NCBI GenBank assembly: GCA_028534125.1
Contig: CM052817.1
Coordinates: forward strand, 71,488,001-71,552,000
Reading direction: 5' to 3'
Source of the DNA: Lama glama
Lineage: Eukaryota
DNA: 64,000 nt
Below, piece by piece: positions 61,530 to 64,000 of the stretch; positions within the stretch are counted from its first letter, which is position 1; each line of letters starts with the position of its first letter. Under the pieces are notes generated by a model, which had not been told where the DNA came from, searched no databases, and was given only the letters and a program-made list of their open reading frames with translations. A program made the translations under genes and the position numbers.

Positions 61530-62300
61530 TGTATTCATGCATAACTGCATTCATCTAGTCAACACACACTGAGTGCAACTGTATGCCAAATTCTGGGATA
61601 GGCACTGATTTCAAAGACAGAAGAGAAAACACTTATCCATCTATGAGCCAAGTGCTAGCAAACCACAAAGAAAGGAGAAGTACGTTTTGGTGGATGGAGA
61701 AGAGAAAGGATTTGGAATTTGTATTTGAATAGACAGGCCTGAGATGAGGGTTACTTCAATAGGTAATACTGGGAAGATAATCTGGAGCCAGATTTTGAAT
61801 GGTCTTTCAAACCAATCAAAAGAATGATTGGGGAGGGTACAGCTCAGTGGTAGAGTATGTGTTTAGCATGCACAAGGTCCTAAATTCAATCCCCAGTACC
61901 TCTATTAAAAATAAAGAAAGAAAGAAACCTAACTCCCCTCCCCCACAAAATTATTTTCTTAAAAAAAAAAAAGAATTTGGATTTGTACTACAGACAATGG
62001 AAAACCATGGGAAGTTTTTACCGTGGGAGTGACATAGTGGGATCTGTGACTTAGATAATGCTGACAAGTGAGTGAGGAGACAAGAGGTAGTGAGGGGGGC
62101 CTGAAGCAAGTCCAGTGACAACCGACATGAACCAGGAGAAGCAGAACTGAAGGCTGGATCATACAGGCCTTGGTTGTGAATTAGAGGTGAGGAGGGAGAG
62201 AAGGTGCTCAGCAGAGTGATGTCCCTGTCCCATGTAGATGACAAAGGAGGTAGAGCAGGCTGGAAGAGGAAGAGGTGTTCAGTTTGTGAAACTGATGGTC
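61530..62300 (-). mobile_element. L2 fragment (interrupted by SINE)
   Basis: cattcatctagtcaacacacactgagtgcaactgtatgcca...ggaaaaccatgggaagttttta...gcaagtccagtgacaa. Confidence 0.65.
61830..61972 (+). mobile_element. tRNA-Ala-derived SINE (vic-1-like)
   Basis: ggggagggtacagctcagtggtagagtatgtgtttagcatgcacaaggtcctaaattcaatccccagtacctc, aacctaactcccctcccc tail, TSD-like aaaagaat. Confidence 0.88.
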
Positions 62301-62348
62301 TGAGAAGATGGACTCTAAGAATGTGGGATGGAATCAGCCTCAGCCAGA

Positions 62349-62515
62349 GCAGTGCTTCCGCTCAGGCAAGAATTACCTGGGAAAATCTTTCCCAGCCCCT
62401 GGGCCTCTCCATGGACCTGCTAATTCTGAGTCTCTGAGATGAAGCCTGTGCACTTGCATTCTAAGGAAAATCAACTCTCCAGGTGAGTCTGCCCTAAATA
62501 CCTGGTTAAGGATCA
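62349..62515. mobile_element. MER5-like hAT fossil
   Basis: cagtgcttcc...aagaattacctggga...cctgggcctctcc...gacctgctaattctgagtctctg...ctccaggtgagtct. Confidence 0.55.
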
Positions 62516-64000
62516 AGGATATAGCCTGTGCTTCTCAAAGTTCTTACCCCAAACTACCCTCTCGTCTGTAGAAAACAAACTCAGTAATTACAGAGAACTG
62601 GAGAAGAACCAAGTACCAACCAAAGCGGTACAATCAAACAGCATCAGCAATCACAAAAAATAAGTTCAAAAAAAGTATTTCTGCAGAAATGAATGCAGGA
62701 ACAGTAATTGAAAATCAGCTACAACTCAAGACAACCCTGGTGGTTCAGTGCTGAGTCCTTAAAATTTCCAGAATGTCATGTGCAATAAGAGCTTTGTAAT
62801 GTTCCAAAGCACCATGTGGCAGACTTCTTAGCAGAATATTAAATTAGAATTCCCCCCTCCCTCACCATACTTTCTGATATAGACTTGCTCATTTTAATGT
62901 GTAAGTGCCAAATTTTAGTAAGCTTTAATACATTTCTTAGTAGTTTTTTAGTAGGTGATATTTAATTGTTCAAAAGCGTAGGAGTCTTAATTTTTTTATT
63001 TTTCAGAAGTGTCCACGAGGATTACCAGTGGGCTGTAGATGCTATTCTAAAAAAGAAAGCCTAGAGAGGACAGAATAGTCATTTTCAGATGTATACAAGA
63101 CAGTCGTGCAGAAGTGAGAATAAATACAGCTGGAGCCAGACCTAGGGCCAGCACAGGACCATAGCTTTCACTTTAATATGTAGAACAGTCTTCAAATAAT
63201 GAGAGCCATCCCAAGTGGAATGGACTAAAAGGAGCTTCTTAAGGAAGTTCCCAGGGTCTGACAAGGGATGACTAAGTAAAGAATAAAGAATTGCTTCACC
63301 CAGTTAGGAGACTAGTCCTAGGGACCACAACACACACAAACCACACATACCCAGCGGTAACCTTCTCCGCAGTCAAGAAAACATAGTTTAAAACACTTGA
63401 TAGCCCACCCAGGTCTCTCCTTCCAGCCCCTGAAACAGAGTAAAAACAAACAATGATGTGAGGCAGAATGATAATCTCCATTTTCTTTTCCTGCTGATTA
63501 GACCCTACAATTCTGAATGTTGAGATGTTCTGAATTCAGAACAACCAGAAACAATATAGCATTAGGGCAACTGAGTCTTTTAAATGTATCTGTCAGTGTG
63601 GAATGTGGACTGTTTTCTGGAGCTACCAATGAATAAAATCATGGATAAAAATGTTATGTCATTTATTTCAGATTCGTTGTGCATTACTCAATTAAGCAGA
63701 TAAATCTATCTTATCATGTAATGAAGTATTTATTATGACAAGCCAATCCTCATCTTATTTATTCTATATTAAGAATTAATTTATTTCAACTTATAATTGA
63801 AAAAATATTAAACATGTGAGGCAGTACATAGTTTTAAAAATTTCTTTCAGGAGGATGTCAGCAAAAAAGTTTGAAGAACACTCCTTTACTCTAGAAAATT
63901 CCATACAAATACCTTTTTTTTTTTTTCTTATAACCTCACAATGTTTCTTGATCTCTTAATCTTCACTTACTCTCATAGTCAGTACTCAGTCTTGCCCTCC

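Noticed and set aside
1..64000. Naming the host gene
   Set aside because: No coding exon could be matched to a known protein from memory; any gene symbol would be a guess.

Overview
Eukaryotic (placental mammal) genomic DNA, very probably a camelid: four copies of a tRNA-Ala-derived SINE resembling the camelid vic-1 type, plus cetartiodactyl-style L1 3' ends. The window is AT-rich and repeat-dense (L1, L2, MIR, MaLR/ERV solo LTRs, hAT and Tigger DNA transposon fossils). I found no intact protein-coding gene and no recognisable coding exon. The only ORFs in the supplied track that I recognise are L1 ORF2 remnants; the rest look like chance ORFs. One clear gene-derived feature is a decayed RPL34 processed pseudogene on the minus strand (~24.96-25.38 kb). 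Indirect clues (L1 orientation bias, several good minus-strand splice signals, A>G excess in the pseudogene) suggest a very long intron or 5' region of a minus-strand gene that I cannot name. The most interesting observations are a recursive-splice-site/RS-exon-like arrangement at 42.8-43.1 kb, a local CpG/GC gain in ancient repeats at 23-29 kb, a diverged local duplication dated by a SINE, a twin-primed inverted L1, and a solo LTR with an intact-looking promoter. I do not see convincing evidence of a new biological system. Repeat names and boundaries are by eye and approximate.
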